Shown here: positions 21,522-31,279 of the stretch, piece by piece
Layout of the letters: each line of letters begins with the position of its first letter
Numbering within the stretch: the stretch's first letter is position 1
Assembly (NCBI GenBank): GCA_947364595.1
Contig: CANATJ010000001.1
Coordinates: forward strand, 26,642 to 90,641
Source of the DNA: an uncultured Bacillota bacterium
GTDB taxonomy: Bacteria; Bacillota_I; Bacilli_A; RF39; UBA660
Direction: 5' to 3'
Length of the DNA stretch: 64,000 nucleotides
Notes under the pieces: model-generated
What the model was told of the DNA's origin: nothing
Database searches by the model: none
Seen by the model: only the letters and a program-made list of their open reading frames with translations
Translations under genes and position numbers: made by a program

Positions 21522-22493
21522 ATGAAAGTATGTATTTTAGGATGTGGAGCATATGGCTCTTCATTATCAATTATTTTAGATGAAAACGGAAATGACGTTA
21601 CTCTATGGACAGCATTTGAAAACGAAGCTAAACTTTTAAACGAAACAAGAATTAGTCCAAAATTACCAAATAATGTATTACCAAAAAACATTAAAATTAC
21701 CTCATCGTTGGAAGAAGCAACTAAAGAAGCTGAATTTGTTTTATTAGCTATTCCAACAGCTTATGCTCAAGATACATTATTAAAAGCTAAAGATTATATA
21801 AAAAATAAACCAATTGTTATTGCATCTAAAGGGATAGAAAAAGGGAAATATCCATTTATTTCAGATATGATTAAAAATGAATTAGGCACAAATAATGTCG
21901 CTGTTATATCTGGTCCATCTTTTGCCGTTGACGTTGCTGAAAAAGTACCAGTTGGCCTTAGTTTGGCATGTGAAAACGATGATACTATAAACTTAGTAAC
22001 CAAAGCTCTAAGCAATAGTCATTTTAAACTAAGAGCCAATCATGACGTTATTGGTACTGAAATTTGTGGTGCAATCAAAAATGTATTTGCTATAGCGGCT
22101 GGTATGTTAATTGGAATGAAACTTCCAGAATCAACTACAGCCATGTTTATTACTGAATCATTAAATGACATCAAAAAACTAATTATTAATTTAGGTGGAA
22201 ACGGTCAAACTAGTCTATCATTTGCTGGAGTTGGCGATTTAATACTAACCGCCACCAGTTCAAAAAGCCGTAATTTCTCATTTGGATATTTAATTGGTAG
22301 TCGTGCTAATAAAGAAAAAATAGAAAAATATAAAGAAGAAACAACCATTGAAGGCCTATATACCTTAAATACTGTCAATGAATTAATAAAAAAAGAAAAT
22401 ATAGAAATGCCAATCATTACCTTACTTGAAGAAATAATCTATCAAGGTAAAGATCCACAAGAATTAGTAAATTTCTTAATTAATAAAGATTAA
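21522..22493 (+). CDS. gpsA: NAD(P)H-dependent glycerol-3-phosphate dehydrogenase
   Basis: Start MKVCILGCGAYGSS (Rossmann GxGxxG). The track ORF has a 19-codon hydrophobic extension. Confidence 0.85.
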   Translation: MKVCILGCGAYGSSLSIILDENGNDVTLWTAFENEAKLLNETRISPKLPNNVLPKNIKITSSLEEATKEAEFVLLAIPTAYAQDTLLKAKDYIKNKPIVIASKGIEKGKYPFISDMIKNELGTNNVAVISGPSFAVDVAEKVPVGLSLACENDDTINLVTKALSNSHFKLRANHDVIGTEICGAIKNVFAIAAGMLIGMKLPESTTAMFITESLNDIKKLIINLGGNGQTSLSFAGVGDLILTATSSKSRNFSFGYLIGSRANKEKIEKYKEETTIEGLYTLNTVNELIKKENIEMPIITLLEEIIYQGKDPQELVNFLINKD

Positions 22494-22499
22494 TATAAT

Positions 22500-22527
22500 A
22501 AAAGAGTATGCCTAAGCATACTCTTTT
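22500..22527. terminator. Bidirectional rho-independent terminator between convergent gpsA and rpmE
   Basis: aaaagagtatgc-ctaa-gcatactctttt, a perfect 12 bp stem with T/A runs on both sides. Confidence 0.7.
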
Positions 22528-22532
22528 CATAA

Positions 22533-22745
22533 TTATTTATTTGTTTTGTTAAATCCGTATTTTTGATTAAATTTCTCAACACGTCCAGCTTTTTTAACTG
22601 TTCCTTGCTTACCTGTAAAAAATGGGTGACATTGATTACAAACTTCTACCTCTAATTCTGGTTTGTTTGATTTTACAGTGAAAGTATTTCCGCAAGCACA
22701 AGTAACTTTTGTGTCTACATATTCAGGATGAATTCCTTTTTTCAT
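22533..22745 (-). CDS. rpmE: 50S ribosomal protein L31 (zinc-ribbon type)
   Basis: Start MKKGIHPEY with GAAGGAGAG RBS. CxC ... CxxC. Confidence 0.85.
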   Translation of the reverse strand: MKKGIHPEYVDTKVTCACGNTFTVKSNKPELEVEVCNQCHPFFTGKQGTVKKAGRVEKFNQKYGFNKTNK

Positions 22746-22826
22746 ACTTATCTCTCCTTCCGCCATGACTGAAAACAGCCATAGAAATTAAATGCTTTTA
22801 TATTGTAACAAACATTTTTATAAAAA

Positions 22827-23528
22827 TCAAGCCTCAAATACCTTTTTATCAATAACCTCAATTACTAAGTCAGCAATTACCTTGCTTCCCTTTTCAGAGG
22901 GTAACGTATCTGTCGTTAATTCATCAATCATCCCATTAAATTCATTTTGTAAATTTATATATTCAACATTATATTCTAATGCCACTTCTTTATATTTCTT
23001 ATTTAAATATTCTATAACCTCTGTAGCTTGATAATTATCATAATAAGGATTATAGTAACCAATCATTACAACATCCTCTTTACAATATTCACGTATCTCC
23101 TTAAATAATTTTTCCAAATTATTAGCTAGTTCATCCACATAATTATATATATCATTAGTAATAATATTACCATTTAACTTATTAAAAATATCATTTGAAT
23201 CAATAGATATAGTTACTAAATCTGCTTTGATCAAAGCATTTTTTAAACTGATTGTTTTTCCACCATAGTTTTTCTTTTTATTATTTTTTATGTCATCAAG
23301 AATATCTGAAATACGATAATCCTTTTTTGTATAATTATCAACAAACTTCTCTAAAACTTTTTTATCATCTAAATAATTTTTTATATAAAAAGGATATCCA
23401 TTAATATTATCTCCATAGCTAGTAACTGAACTACCCAAAGTTAAATAATAAACTTTTTTATCCATATTAGCTAAATAAATTACAAAAACAATTAAAAGAA
23501 CAAGACCTGCAATTAATATTTTTTTCAT
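22827..23528 (-). CDS. Secreted SGNH/GDSL-hydrolase-like protein (weak)
   Basis: Signal peptide. Blocks resembling SGNH I (LGSSVTSYGD), III (SIDSNDIF) and V (DTLPSEKG), but the catalytic His is not clear. Confidence 0.3.
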   Translation of the reverse strand: MKKILIAGLVLLIVFVIYLANMDKKVYYLTLGSSVTSYGDNINGYPFYIKNYLDDKKVLEKFVDNYTKKDYRISDILDDIKNNKKKNYGGKTISLKNALIKADLVTISIDSNDIFNKLNGNIITNDIYNYVDELANNLEKLFKEIREYCKEDVVMIGYYNPYYDNYQATEVIEYLNKKYKEVALEYNVEYINLQNEFNGMIDELTTDTLPSEKGSKVIADLVIEVIDKKVFEA

Positions 23529-23653
23529 GTTTTCACCTCAGATATATTCTATTTTAATTATATTGTGGTGTTTTCATTTTATACATTTTATAATTCACAA
23601 AATAACAAGTTTATAACATTTAAAAAGCAATTATCATAGACAATCACTTTACA

Positions 23654-24184
23654 TTATATAGCAAAAATAATACCAATTATAGTTAAAACTACACCACCAA
23701 AAATCGTAGCTATTTTTCCTAGTAATTTTTCAATTTTGTTACCTATTGACAAACCAGTAAAAGTAAATAAGCAACTGCATATTGCGAAAATTAATGATGA
23801 AATTACATAATGACTGTTAATATTTGTAAGTGTAATGCCAACAGAGAAGCTATCGACACTTACCGCAAAAGCAAATAAAAAGAATTCTATCTTTTTCATA
23901 ACTTTTATCTCTTCTTTTTCCTTAAAAGAAGATAAAATCATTTCAATTCCTATAAAACAAAGAACAACCGCAACGATTATATCAGGATCTAATTTAATAA
24001 ATTTTAAAATAATTTCGCCTATAAACATTCCAAGAAGTGGCATAAAAAAGTGAAATATACCAACCATACCAGATAATAAATATTTGGCTTTTTTATTAAT
24101 TCGTAAAGTGCCATAAACCAAAGATAAAGAAAATGCATCCATACTCAAACTTATAGCTATAATAAGTACCAATAGTAAACTCAT
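23654..24184 (-). CDS. DUF204-family membrane protein (MntP / sporulation YtaF-like)
   Basis: 176 aa with 6 TM helices. N-terminal LSMDAFSLS motif typical of DUF204. Confidence 0.5.
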   Translation of the reverse strand: MSLLLVLIIAISLSMDAFSLSLVYGTLRINKKAKYLLSGMVGIFHFFMPLLGMFIGEIILKFIKLDPDIIVAVVLCFIGIEMILSSFKEKEEIKVMKKIEFFLFAFAVSVDSFSVGITLTNINSHYVISSLIFAICSCLFTFTGLSIGNKIEKLLGKIATIFGGVVLTIIGIIFAI

Positions 24185-24230
24185 ATCAAAGCCTCCTATA
24201 AAAGTCTATGGTGTCATTCAATGTTTATTA

Positions 24231-24755
24231 CTATAAATATTTATCAATTAATTCAGCCACAATAGATTTATATTCCACTTTAGTTTTTTCATCTCCCTCA
24301 ATCAAACACAAAGGCGGAAATAAAACACACCACCAATTATCACCTTCACCATTTCCTAAAGTAACTAATAATGATTGATAATAACCCTCTGCATAAGTAA
24401 CACCCTTATATTCCTTTTCTGGAAAATAATTATATCCAAAATTTATATCATATTTTTTATCATATCCTTCTTTACTTAAAATAGATTTAACATCTTTATC
24501 GACTAAATCTAAATTATTTTGAATAATACTTATAGCCTCATCTGATGACTTAGCATCTTTAAGTAAATCATACATTGTAATCTCTAATTTATTTCTAACC
24601 TTCCCCTTAATCATTTGATCGTATTGTGAATTACTATTTGGAATAATTCTAATTCTAATAGCATCATCAGGAATAGTTAAACTTTTAGCCATAGCACTAG
24701 ATATAAAAACATAAAATAAACAAATTAATAATAAAGTAATTAAAGTTTTTTTCAT
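24231..24755 (-). CDS. spoIIR: Stage II sporulation protein R (SpoIIR)
   Basis: Signal peptide, IRIRIIPNSNS, and the SpoIIR signature GNGEGDNWWCVLFPPLC. Confidence 0.8.
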   Translation of the reverse strand: MKKTLITLLLICLFYVFISSAMAKSLTIPDDAIRIRIIPNSNSQYDQMIKGKVRNKLEITMYDLLKDAKSSDEAISIIQNNLDLVDKDVKSILSKEGYDKKYDINFGYNYFPEKEYKGVTYAEGYYQSLLVTLGNGEGDNWWCVLFPPLCLIEGDEKTKVEYKSIVAELIDKYL

Positions 24756-24806
24756 TTAAAAAACCACCCTTCTAATTAAGTAATGGGTAGTTTTTATATT
24801 TTTTAT

Positions 24807-25256
24807 TCACTTATGATAACTTTCGTTATTATTAATTTTAAATGATCTATATATTTGTTCTAATAAAATTATTCTAAATAGTTGATGTGGAAAAGTCATT
24901 TTAGAAAAAGATAATGCATAATTACTACGCTTTTTAACACTTTCATCTAAGCCATACGAACCACCAATAACAAAAACTAAATTAGCATTCGTATTAAAAT
25001 TATTATCTATTTTTGAAGCAAGTTCTAAAGAAGAAATTTCATTACCACCAATTTCCAAAGTAATAACATAATCACTATCTTTTATATTTTTTAAAATCCT
25101 ATCAGCCTCTATTTTTAAAGCTTTTTCTATAATTTTTTCATCCTTTACTTCAATAATATCAATTTTAGTATATTTAGAAATTCTTTGTTCATACTCTTTT
25201 AGAGCTGAAACAAAAAATTTTTCTTTTACTTTTCCTACACAAACAATCTTAATCAT
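24807..25256 (-). CDS. rlmH: 23S rRNA (pseudouridine1915-N3)-methyltransferase RlmH (SPOUT)
   Basis: 149 aa. MIKIVCVGK ... Ori-proximal position as in Bacillus. Confidence 0.8.
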   Translation of the reverse strand: MIKIVCVGKVKEKFFVSALKEYEQRISKYTKIDIIEVKDEKIIEKALKIEADRILKNIKDSDYVITLEIGGNEISSLELASKIDNNFNTNANLVFVIGGSYGLDESVKKRSNYALSFSKMTFPHQLFRIILLEQIYRSFKINNNESYHK

Positions 25257-26011
25257 ACTTCGATAAGCTCCGTTCTTTCCTTCTGTTTAGCTATTTCAAT
25301 TTTAGGAATTTTTTTATTACTTTTATTTAAAGTGTTTTTCAACGTTTCTAAAGCTACTTGAGGATCATTATTTTCTTCACTAAGATGAATTAAAATAATT
25401 TCTCTTGTTTTATCAGAAATAAATTTTGATAAATAATAAGCACTATCCTTATTTGATAAATGTCCCTTATCACTTAAAATTCTTTGTTGTAAGTGATAAG
25501 GATATTTTCCTTCTTTAAGCATCCTAATATCATGATTACTTTCAAAGATATATAAATCTTTATCCGCTAATTTTTTGAAATTTTTCACATGAATATAACC
25601 AGTATCAGTAATATAAACAACGGACTTTTTATTGCTTGAAAAAACATATCCATTAGAATCAGCTACATCATGTGAAGTTTTAATAGACATAATACTTAAA
25701 TCATCTATTATCAAATCATCATCTATATAATCATAATTTTTAATCTCAAAATCAATTTCTTTATGCATTTTTTCAGTTAAATAAACTTTTGGATTATATT
25801 TTTTAATAAATACCCTAAGTCCACCAATATGATCAGTATGTGTATGAGTTATAAATATTTGTTGAATACTGTTTGGTTCAACATCCAAACTTCTTAAAGT
25901 TTTTTCAATATAACTACAACTCATACCTATATCAACTAAAGATTTAGTGTGCTCAGTTTCTATATATCCACAATTACCTTTACTTCCACTAGCTAATACT
26001 GCTACTTTCAT
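25253..26011 (-). CDS. MBL-fold metallo-hydrolase (WalJ/YycJ-like)
   Basis: HxHxDH motif HTHTDHIGG. 252 aa. Neighbourhood rlmH plus a peptidase. Confidence 0.7.
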   Translation of the reverse strand: MKVAVLASGSKGNCGYIETEHTKSLVDIGMSCSYIEKTLRSLDVEPNSIQQIFITHTHTDHIGGLRVFIKKYNPKVYLTEKMHKEIDFEIKNYDYIDDDLIIDDLSIMSIKTSHDVADSNGYVFSSNKKSVVYITDTGYIHVKNFKKLADKDLYIFESNHDIRMLKEGKYPYHLQQRILSDKGHLSNKDSAYYLSKFISDKTREIILIHLSEENNDPQVALETLKNTLNKSNKKIPKIEIAKQKERTELIEV

Positions 26012-27498
26012 TATCTATAACCACCTGGATAAAGAACTGATGGATTAACATGACAATACTTGCAGCCCTTCCATATTTCGTAATGAACGTGTGGACCAGT
26101 ACAATCACCTGTACAACCAACATATCCTATAACTTGACCACGTTCAACTAATTGACCTGCTTTAGCCACGATTCTAGACATATGTCCATATAAAGTCATA
26201 TAACCATTATTATGATTAATAACAACATAATTACCATAACTATAATGTCTTTCAGCAATCATAACTCTTCCATTGTTAGTTGCATAAATTTTAGAACCAT
26301 AACCTGTACCTGAAATATCAAGACCTGTATGAAGCTCACGACCTCTTCCTACTGGACTGTTACGATAAACATATCCACTACTTAATGTCCATCCACTATC
26401 TGTTGGCCATCCCCAACTATGTAAATTACCAACCTCAGGAACATATTTGTTTCCACGAACAACAATTCTACTAATAGGTTCTTTTAAGGATTGTTTTCCT
26501 TGAGGATCTACATATACAATATTGCCGTTAATTTTTTTAACTTTTTGTGAAACACGATCTAATCCATTTTCACCATTTTGAATTACCTTATCTTGACCGA
26601 CAACTGCATTGTCATCATATTTTTCTTCAGTTTTATACCTACTTTCAATATCCTTAACAACATAAGACTCTTCAACAACACTAATTTGTGGATTAATTTG
26701 AGCAATTAATAATTTTTGTGAAGGATAAAGTAAATTAGTTGTACTATTTAAATCTTCATTAGAAATAAGTAATTCCTCTGGACTGACCTGATTATTAAAA
26801 GCTACACTTTCAATAGTATCTCCAGCTTTAACTATATAATTAACTTCTTTACGGTTAGTTCCATAAAGTAAATAATTAGTAAGTTCTGTTTCATCAGAAT
26901 AAATTTTTTCTTTTACTGAAATATTTGTCTTTTTTAATGTAATATCTTCATTTATATAAACATTCTCAATGTTTTCTCCAGTAGTTTCAATTTTTACTTG
27001 ATTATCATCTATATAAGATTTATAACGATCTTTTCCAACAAACGTTTCAATTAATGTATTAATTGCATTATTCATTACTTTCTTATCAAGAACATAAATA
27101 CTTTGTTTTTCTATTTTCTCTTTTTTAGAATCAGCATCTTGAACTTTTTTATTAATAATAAATTCATACCCTCTAACTGTAAAGTCTGCTTTTTTAGATA
27201 TTTTTTTATAAAGAGAACTAACAGAAATAGTTGGAGAAGAATAAGTAGTTATTTTTTTTACTGTTAAACCTTTTGGTGAATAAATTTTAGAAATACCAAA
27301 CTTTCTCTTATAATATTTTCCGTTTTCATCAATATATTTTTCCAATTCAGTTTTTGATTTAATAATCCCAAGTGATTGATCATCTAAATAAACTTCATAA
27401 TAATTATTAGGTTCTAAATTCTTCTTAGTACCAAAACCTAAAACAAAAATTCCAATTAAAATTATAATAATCATTAAATAAATTGACATTTTTTTCAT
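26011..27498 (-). CDS. Membrane-anchored LysM-domain M23 (LytM-type) metallopeptidase
   Basis: N-terminal TM helix. LysM (YIVKAGDTIESVA ... LYPSQKLLI). Intact M23 motifs HTGLDI and HVHYEIW. Confidence 0.75.
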   Translation of the reverse strand: MKKMSIYLMIIIILIGIFVLGFGTKKNLEPNNYYEVYLDDQSLGIIKSKTELEKYIDENGKYYKRKFGISKIYSPKGLTVKKITTYSSPTISVSSLYKKISKKADFTVRGYEFIINKKVQDADSKKEKIEKQSIYVLDKKVMNNAINTLIETFVGKDRYKSYIDDNQVKIETTGENIENVYINEDITLKKTNISVKEKIYSDETELTNYLLYGTNRKEVNYIVKAGDTIESVAFNNQVSPEELLISNEDLNSTTNLLYPSQKLLIAQINPQISVVEESYVVKDIESRYKTEEKYDDNAVVGQDKVIQNGENGLDRVSQKVKKINGNIVYVDPQGKQSLKEPISRIVVRGNKYVPEVGNLHSWGWPTDSGWTLSSGYVYRNSPVGRGRELHTGLDISGTGYGSKIYATNNGRVMIAERHYSYGNYVVINHNNGYMTLYGHMSRIVAKAGQLVERGQVIGYVGCTGDCTGPHVHYEIWKGCKYCHVNPSVLYPGGYR

Positions 27499-27509
27499 CT
27501 TATCACCTA

Positions 27510-28853
27510 CTAATTATTTTCTTTATTAAAGAAAGAACTTGTATTACGTTTAAAAATTAACTCAACTGTAGCAGTTGGTCCATTACGATGTTTAGCAATA
27601 ATAAATTCACTATTACTAGTATCTTCATCAATAGCAGATTCTTTATTATAATAATCATCACGATATAAGAAAGCAACAATATCTGCATCTTGTTCAATTG
27701 ACCCAGATTCTCTTAAATCACTAAGTAATGGTCTTTTTTCTTCTCTAGACTCAACACTACGTGAAAGTTGCGCTAAAGCAATAACTGGGATTTTTAATTC
27801 CATAGCCATTGTTTTTAAACTACGAGATATTTCTGATACCTCTTGTTGTCTTTGACCAACATACTTAGCTGAACCACTTATTAATTGTAAATAGTCAATT
27901 ATAACAACATCTAATCCTGCTTCTGAATTAGCAAGCCTACGACATTTAGCTCGCATTTCACTAACCGTCATACCAGGAGTATCATCAATAAATATTTTTG
28001 TATCAGCAAGTCTACTAATTGCTTCGTTAACCCTTTTCCAATCTTGATGTTCTAATTTACCAGTACGAAGTTTGTTAGCTTCTATTTGACCAACTGATGC
28101 AAGCATTCTTGAAATTAATTGTTCAGCACCCATTTCCATATTAAATAAAGCAACACTTTTCTTAGCATTCATAGCCATATTAACTGCCATATTTAAAGCA
28201 AATGCTGTTTTTCCCATAGCTGGTCTTGCAGCTAAAATAATTAATTCATTTTCATGGAATCCAGATGTTAATTTATCTAAATCATAATATCCTGTCGGAA
28301 CACCTGTAATTTCCCCTTTTAAAGAAGATAATTTTTCTAAATCAGCCTGAGCTTTATATAAAACATCCTGAATAGTCTTAAATTCACTACCACGACGATT
28401 TTTAACTACTTCAAATATTTTCTTTTCGGCAGTATCTAAAATATCACCAATATCATCAGTAGATGAAAAACCACTATCAGCTATTTCTGTTCCAGCCTCA
28501 ATCAAATTACGACGCAAATACTTTTCTTCAATAATTTTAATATATTGATCAGCATTAGCAGCAGTTGGAACCACATTAACTATTTCTGTTAAATATTCAA
28601 CACCACCAACTTGATTTAAAAGTTTCTTTTGCTCAAGTTCAGCAGTAACTGTTGTAATATCTATTGGTATTTTTTGATCTGCTAAATTTTTAATAACTTC
28701 AAATATTTTTTGATGTGAATCTAAATAAAACATATCTTTATTTAAAGATTCAACAATTTTATCCAAAGCTTTCTTGCTTAAAAACATTGACCCTAAAACA
28801 GATTGTTCAGCATCTATTTTTTGTGGCATTGTTTTTTCATTCATACTATTCAC
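27510..28853 (-). CDS. dnaB: Replicative DNA helicase (DnaB family; called DnaC in Bacillus)
   Basis: 447 aa. Walker A GKT in RecA-like C-domain. Immediately upstream of rplI. Confidence 0.9.
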   Translation of the reverse strand: MNSMNEKTMPQKIDAEQSVLGSMFLSKKALDKIVESLNKDMFYLDSHQKIFEVIKNLADQKIPIDITTVTAELEQKKLLNQVGGVEYLTEIVNVVPTAANADQYIKIIEEKYLRRNLIEAGTEIADSGFSSTDDIGDILDTAEKKIFEVVKNRRGSEFKTIQDVLYKAQADLEKLSSLKGEITGVPTGYYDLDKLTSGFHENELIILAARPAMGKTAFALNMAVNMAMNAKKSVALFNMEMGAEQLISRMLASVGQIEANKLRTGKLEHQDWKRVNEAISRLADTKIFIDDTPGMTVSEMRAKCRRLANSEAGLDVVIIDYLQLISGSAKYVGQRQQEVSEISRSLKTMAMELKIPVIALAQLSRSVESREEKRPLLSDLRESGSIEQDADIVAFLYRDDYYNKESAIDEDTSNSEFIIAKHRNGPTATVELIFKRNTSSFFNKENN

Positions 28854-29291
28854 CTACTTACATAATTCAACTTTTAAAATAGCTGTTACCTTTTTATGTA
28901 ATTCAATTTTTACGTTAGTAACACCTAAAGAATTAATTGGAACATCCAATTTAATTTTTCTCTTATCAACATTAAATCCTAAATCTTTTAATTTTGATGA
29001 TATTTGTTTAGTACTTATTGTACCAAAAACTTGATCATCTTTTCCAGTCTTTACATTAAATTTTAAAACAGTTTTTTCTAATTTTGATTTAATTTCCTCA
29101 CATTGCTTTAAAAGTAAAGCTTCTTCCTTAGCTGCCATTTCATTTTGTCTTTGCAATACTTTAGAACTTCCTGTAGTTTCTAATACAGCTAACTTGTTTT
29201 TTATAAGAAAAGTTCCATAACCATCTTTTACATTAATTATATCATTTTTCTTACCTTGTTTTTTTACATCACTTAATAATATAACCTTCAT
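28854..29291 (-). CDS. rplI: 50S ribosomal protein L9
   Basis: 145 aa. MKVILLSDVKKQGKK. Confidence 0.9.
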   Translation of the reverse strand: MKVILLSDVKKQGKKNDIINVKDGYGTFLIKNKLAVLETTGSSKVLQRQNEMAAKEEALLLKQCEEIKSKLEKTVLKFNVKTGKDDQVFGTISTKQISSKLKDLGFNVDKRKIKLDVPINSLGVTNVKIELHKKVTAILKVELCK

Positions 29292-30258
29292 AATTTCCCT
29301 CCTTAATAACTTTTTTTAAGGCTTGAGATACTTCCTCAATAGATTTATTTTCTATTTGACAAGCAGCATCAGTCAAATGACCTCCGCCACCAAGTAAATT
29401 CATAATTTCACCAACATTAATATTACCCATGGATCTTGCACTAATGCCAATAATATTATTAGTTAATTTTCCAATTGCAAAAGAGGCCTGAATACTTTCT
29501 ATTTTTAATAACTCTTTAGCTAATAAAGCAATTTCTACATTATCATGTAAATTATTATCCATTACACATAAAATAATATTATCAGTTACCTTTTGACTAT
29601 TTTTAATGTAATCATATCGCTTAATTAATTCATTCATGGGTTCTTTTAATATTTCTTGTTTCAAAATCAAATTAGCACCATGGTTAATCAAAAATCCTGC
29701 AACTTTAAAAGTTCGTTCAGTTGTTTTAAAATTAAATGAATTAGTATCAACTTCTAACCCCGCCAAAAGTATAGTAGCAAGTAAACCATCTAAATCATAA
29801 TTTAAAAAATTTAAATATTCAACAATAATTTCCACCACACTAGATTTGGTAGAATCACATATATAACATAATGCATCTTTAATATAAGAATCCGCCTTAA
29901 TATGATGATCTATTATAACCTTATCTTGGATAATATCCAACAAATTTAAACACTCTACCAATTCCGGCTTTTGGGTATCCAAAACAATTAATAAAGTATC
30001 TTTATCTACTTGAATTTCTTCTTCAGAAATAAATGAAACGTCAATATTTTCATTTACAAGTGAAAGAGCCTTATTTAAACAATTATCAATATTTTGCTTT
30101 GGCGATACTATATAACATTGTTTTTTTAACCTATCAATAATTTTAAAAAGAACAATTGCACTACCCATACCATCTAAATCAGGTTTAGCATGAGTCATCA
30201 ATATAATTTTTTCATGTTTATTTATAAGATTTGTAAGCTTTCTAAACATTGAATCCAT
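29269..30258 (-). CDS. Stand-alone DHH/DHHA1 phosphoesterase (NrnA / c-di-AMP phosphodiesterase-like)
   Basis: 329 aa. DHH motif DHHIK. DLDGMGS. DHHA1 GGGH motif LLGGGGHLTDAA. Occupies the gdpP/yybT position upstream of rplI but lacks TM, PAS and GGDEF parts. Confidence 0.6.
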   Translation of the reverse strand: MDSMFRKLTNLINKHEKIILMTHAKPDLDGMGSAIVLFKIIDRLKKQCYIVSPKQNIDNCLNKALSLVNENIDVSFISEEEIQVDKDTLLIVLDTQKPELVECLNLLDIIQDKVIIDHHIKADSYIKDALCYICDSTKSSVVEIIVEYLNFLNYDLDGLLATILLAGLEVDTNSFNFKTTERTFKVAGFLINHGANLILKQEILKEPMNELIKRYDYIKNSQKVTDNIILCVMDNNLHDNVEIALLAKELLKIESIQASFAIGKLTNNIIGISARSMGNINVGEIMNLLGGGGHLTDAACQIENKSIEEVSQALKKVIKEGNYEGYIIK

Positions 30259-30360
30259 AATTTCACCTTCATTATTAATTATACTATAAATTAATTATTA
30301 TGTCTTGTAATTTAATACTAAAATTTTATATATGAAAAAATAATCAACTCCTTTATAAAG

Positions 30361-31275
30361 TTAATTATTTTGCTTATTTCTAATTTTATCAGCCATTTTT
30401 TTTATTTTATTAAACCTATGATATAGTCCTGATTTAGTAATTTTATTACCTGTTTCTACACTAATAATTTCACTAAGCTCTAAAAGTGATGCATCAGGAT
30501 ATTTTTGACGATAAATAGCCGCTTCCTGTTCTTTTAACCCAAGCAAATCATAAACTCCAACTTTTTTAAGAAATTCAATATCTTTTACTTGAGCATTCGC
30601 CGTTTCAATAATTCTATCAACATTAGCTTGTTCACAATTATTAAGTCGATTTGTCATATTTTTATGATCACGATAAATCCTAATATCTTCATAATACAAA
30701 ACAGCTCTAGCAGCACCTATCATTCTTAAAAAATCACCTATTTTTTCAGCACCTTTTATATAAACCATATATCTATTCTCACGATGTAACACTTTACTAT
30801 TCAAATTAAACTTATTTAAAAGCATTTGAATAAATTCTGCATATTTCAAATTGCTTAAATTAAATTCCAAATGATATCTAGAAGTTTTAGGATCATTTAT
30901 ACTAGCACACATAATAAATAACCCTCTTAAATAAGCTCGCATTAAATCTTCATCAGCCCAAATAAAATCTTCTGGTATATCTCCATTAATTCCTAAAGAC
31001 TTTAAAATTTCTAAAGTATTATGATGAACTTCTAAAATATAAAGCATTTTTTTATTATAATTATAACCTTTTCTAACCGTAATACTTGGATAAACATTAT
31101 ATAATTCCTTTATTAAAGAATAAACACGTCTAGCCACACTATTATTCTCAGTCACAATTTTAATTTTATTACTATCATAGTTAGATTGAATTATTGCTGA
31201 AAGTTCAGAAATTTTTTCCGTATTAAAAACAGCTAATTTGCTAACTTCATCTTTAACCTCACTAGTAAATGACAT
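30361..31275 (-). CDS. whiA: Sporulation/cell-division transcriptional regulator WhiA
   Basis: 304 aa. MSFTSEVKDE start. LAGLI-DADG-like N-domain plus C-terminal HTH. Confidence 0.8.
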   Translation of the reverse strand: MSFTSEVKDEVSKLAVFNTEKISELSAIIQSNYDSNKIKIVTENNSVARRVYSLIKELYNVYPSITVRKGYNYNKKMLYILEVHHNTLEILKSLGINGDIPEDFIWADEDLMRAYLRGLFIMCASINDPKTSRYHLEFNLSNLKYAEFIQMLLNKFNLNSKVLHRENRYMVYIKGAEKIGDFLRMIGAARAVLYYEDIRIYRDHKNMTNRLNNCEQANVDRIIETANAQVKDIEFLKKVGVYDLLGLKEQEAAIYRQKYPDASLLELSEIISVETGNKITKSGLYHRFNKIKKMADKIRNKQNN

Positions 31276-31279
31276 ATTA

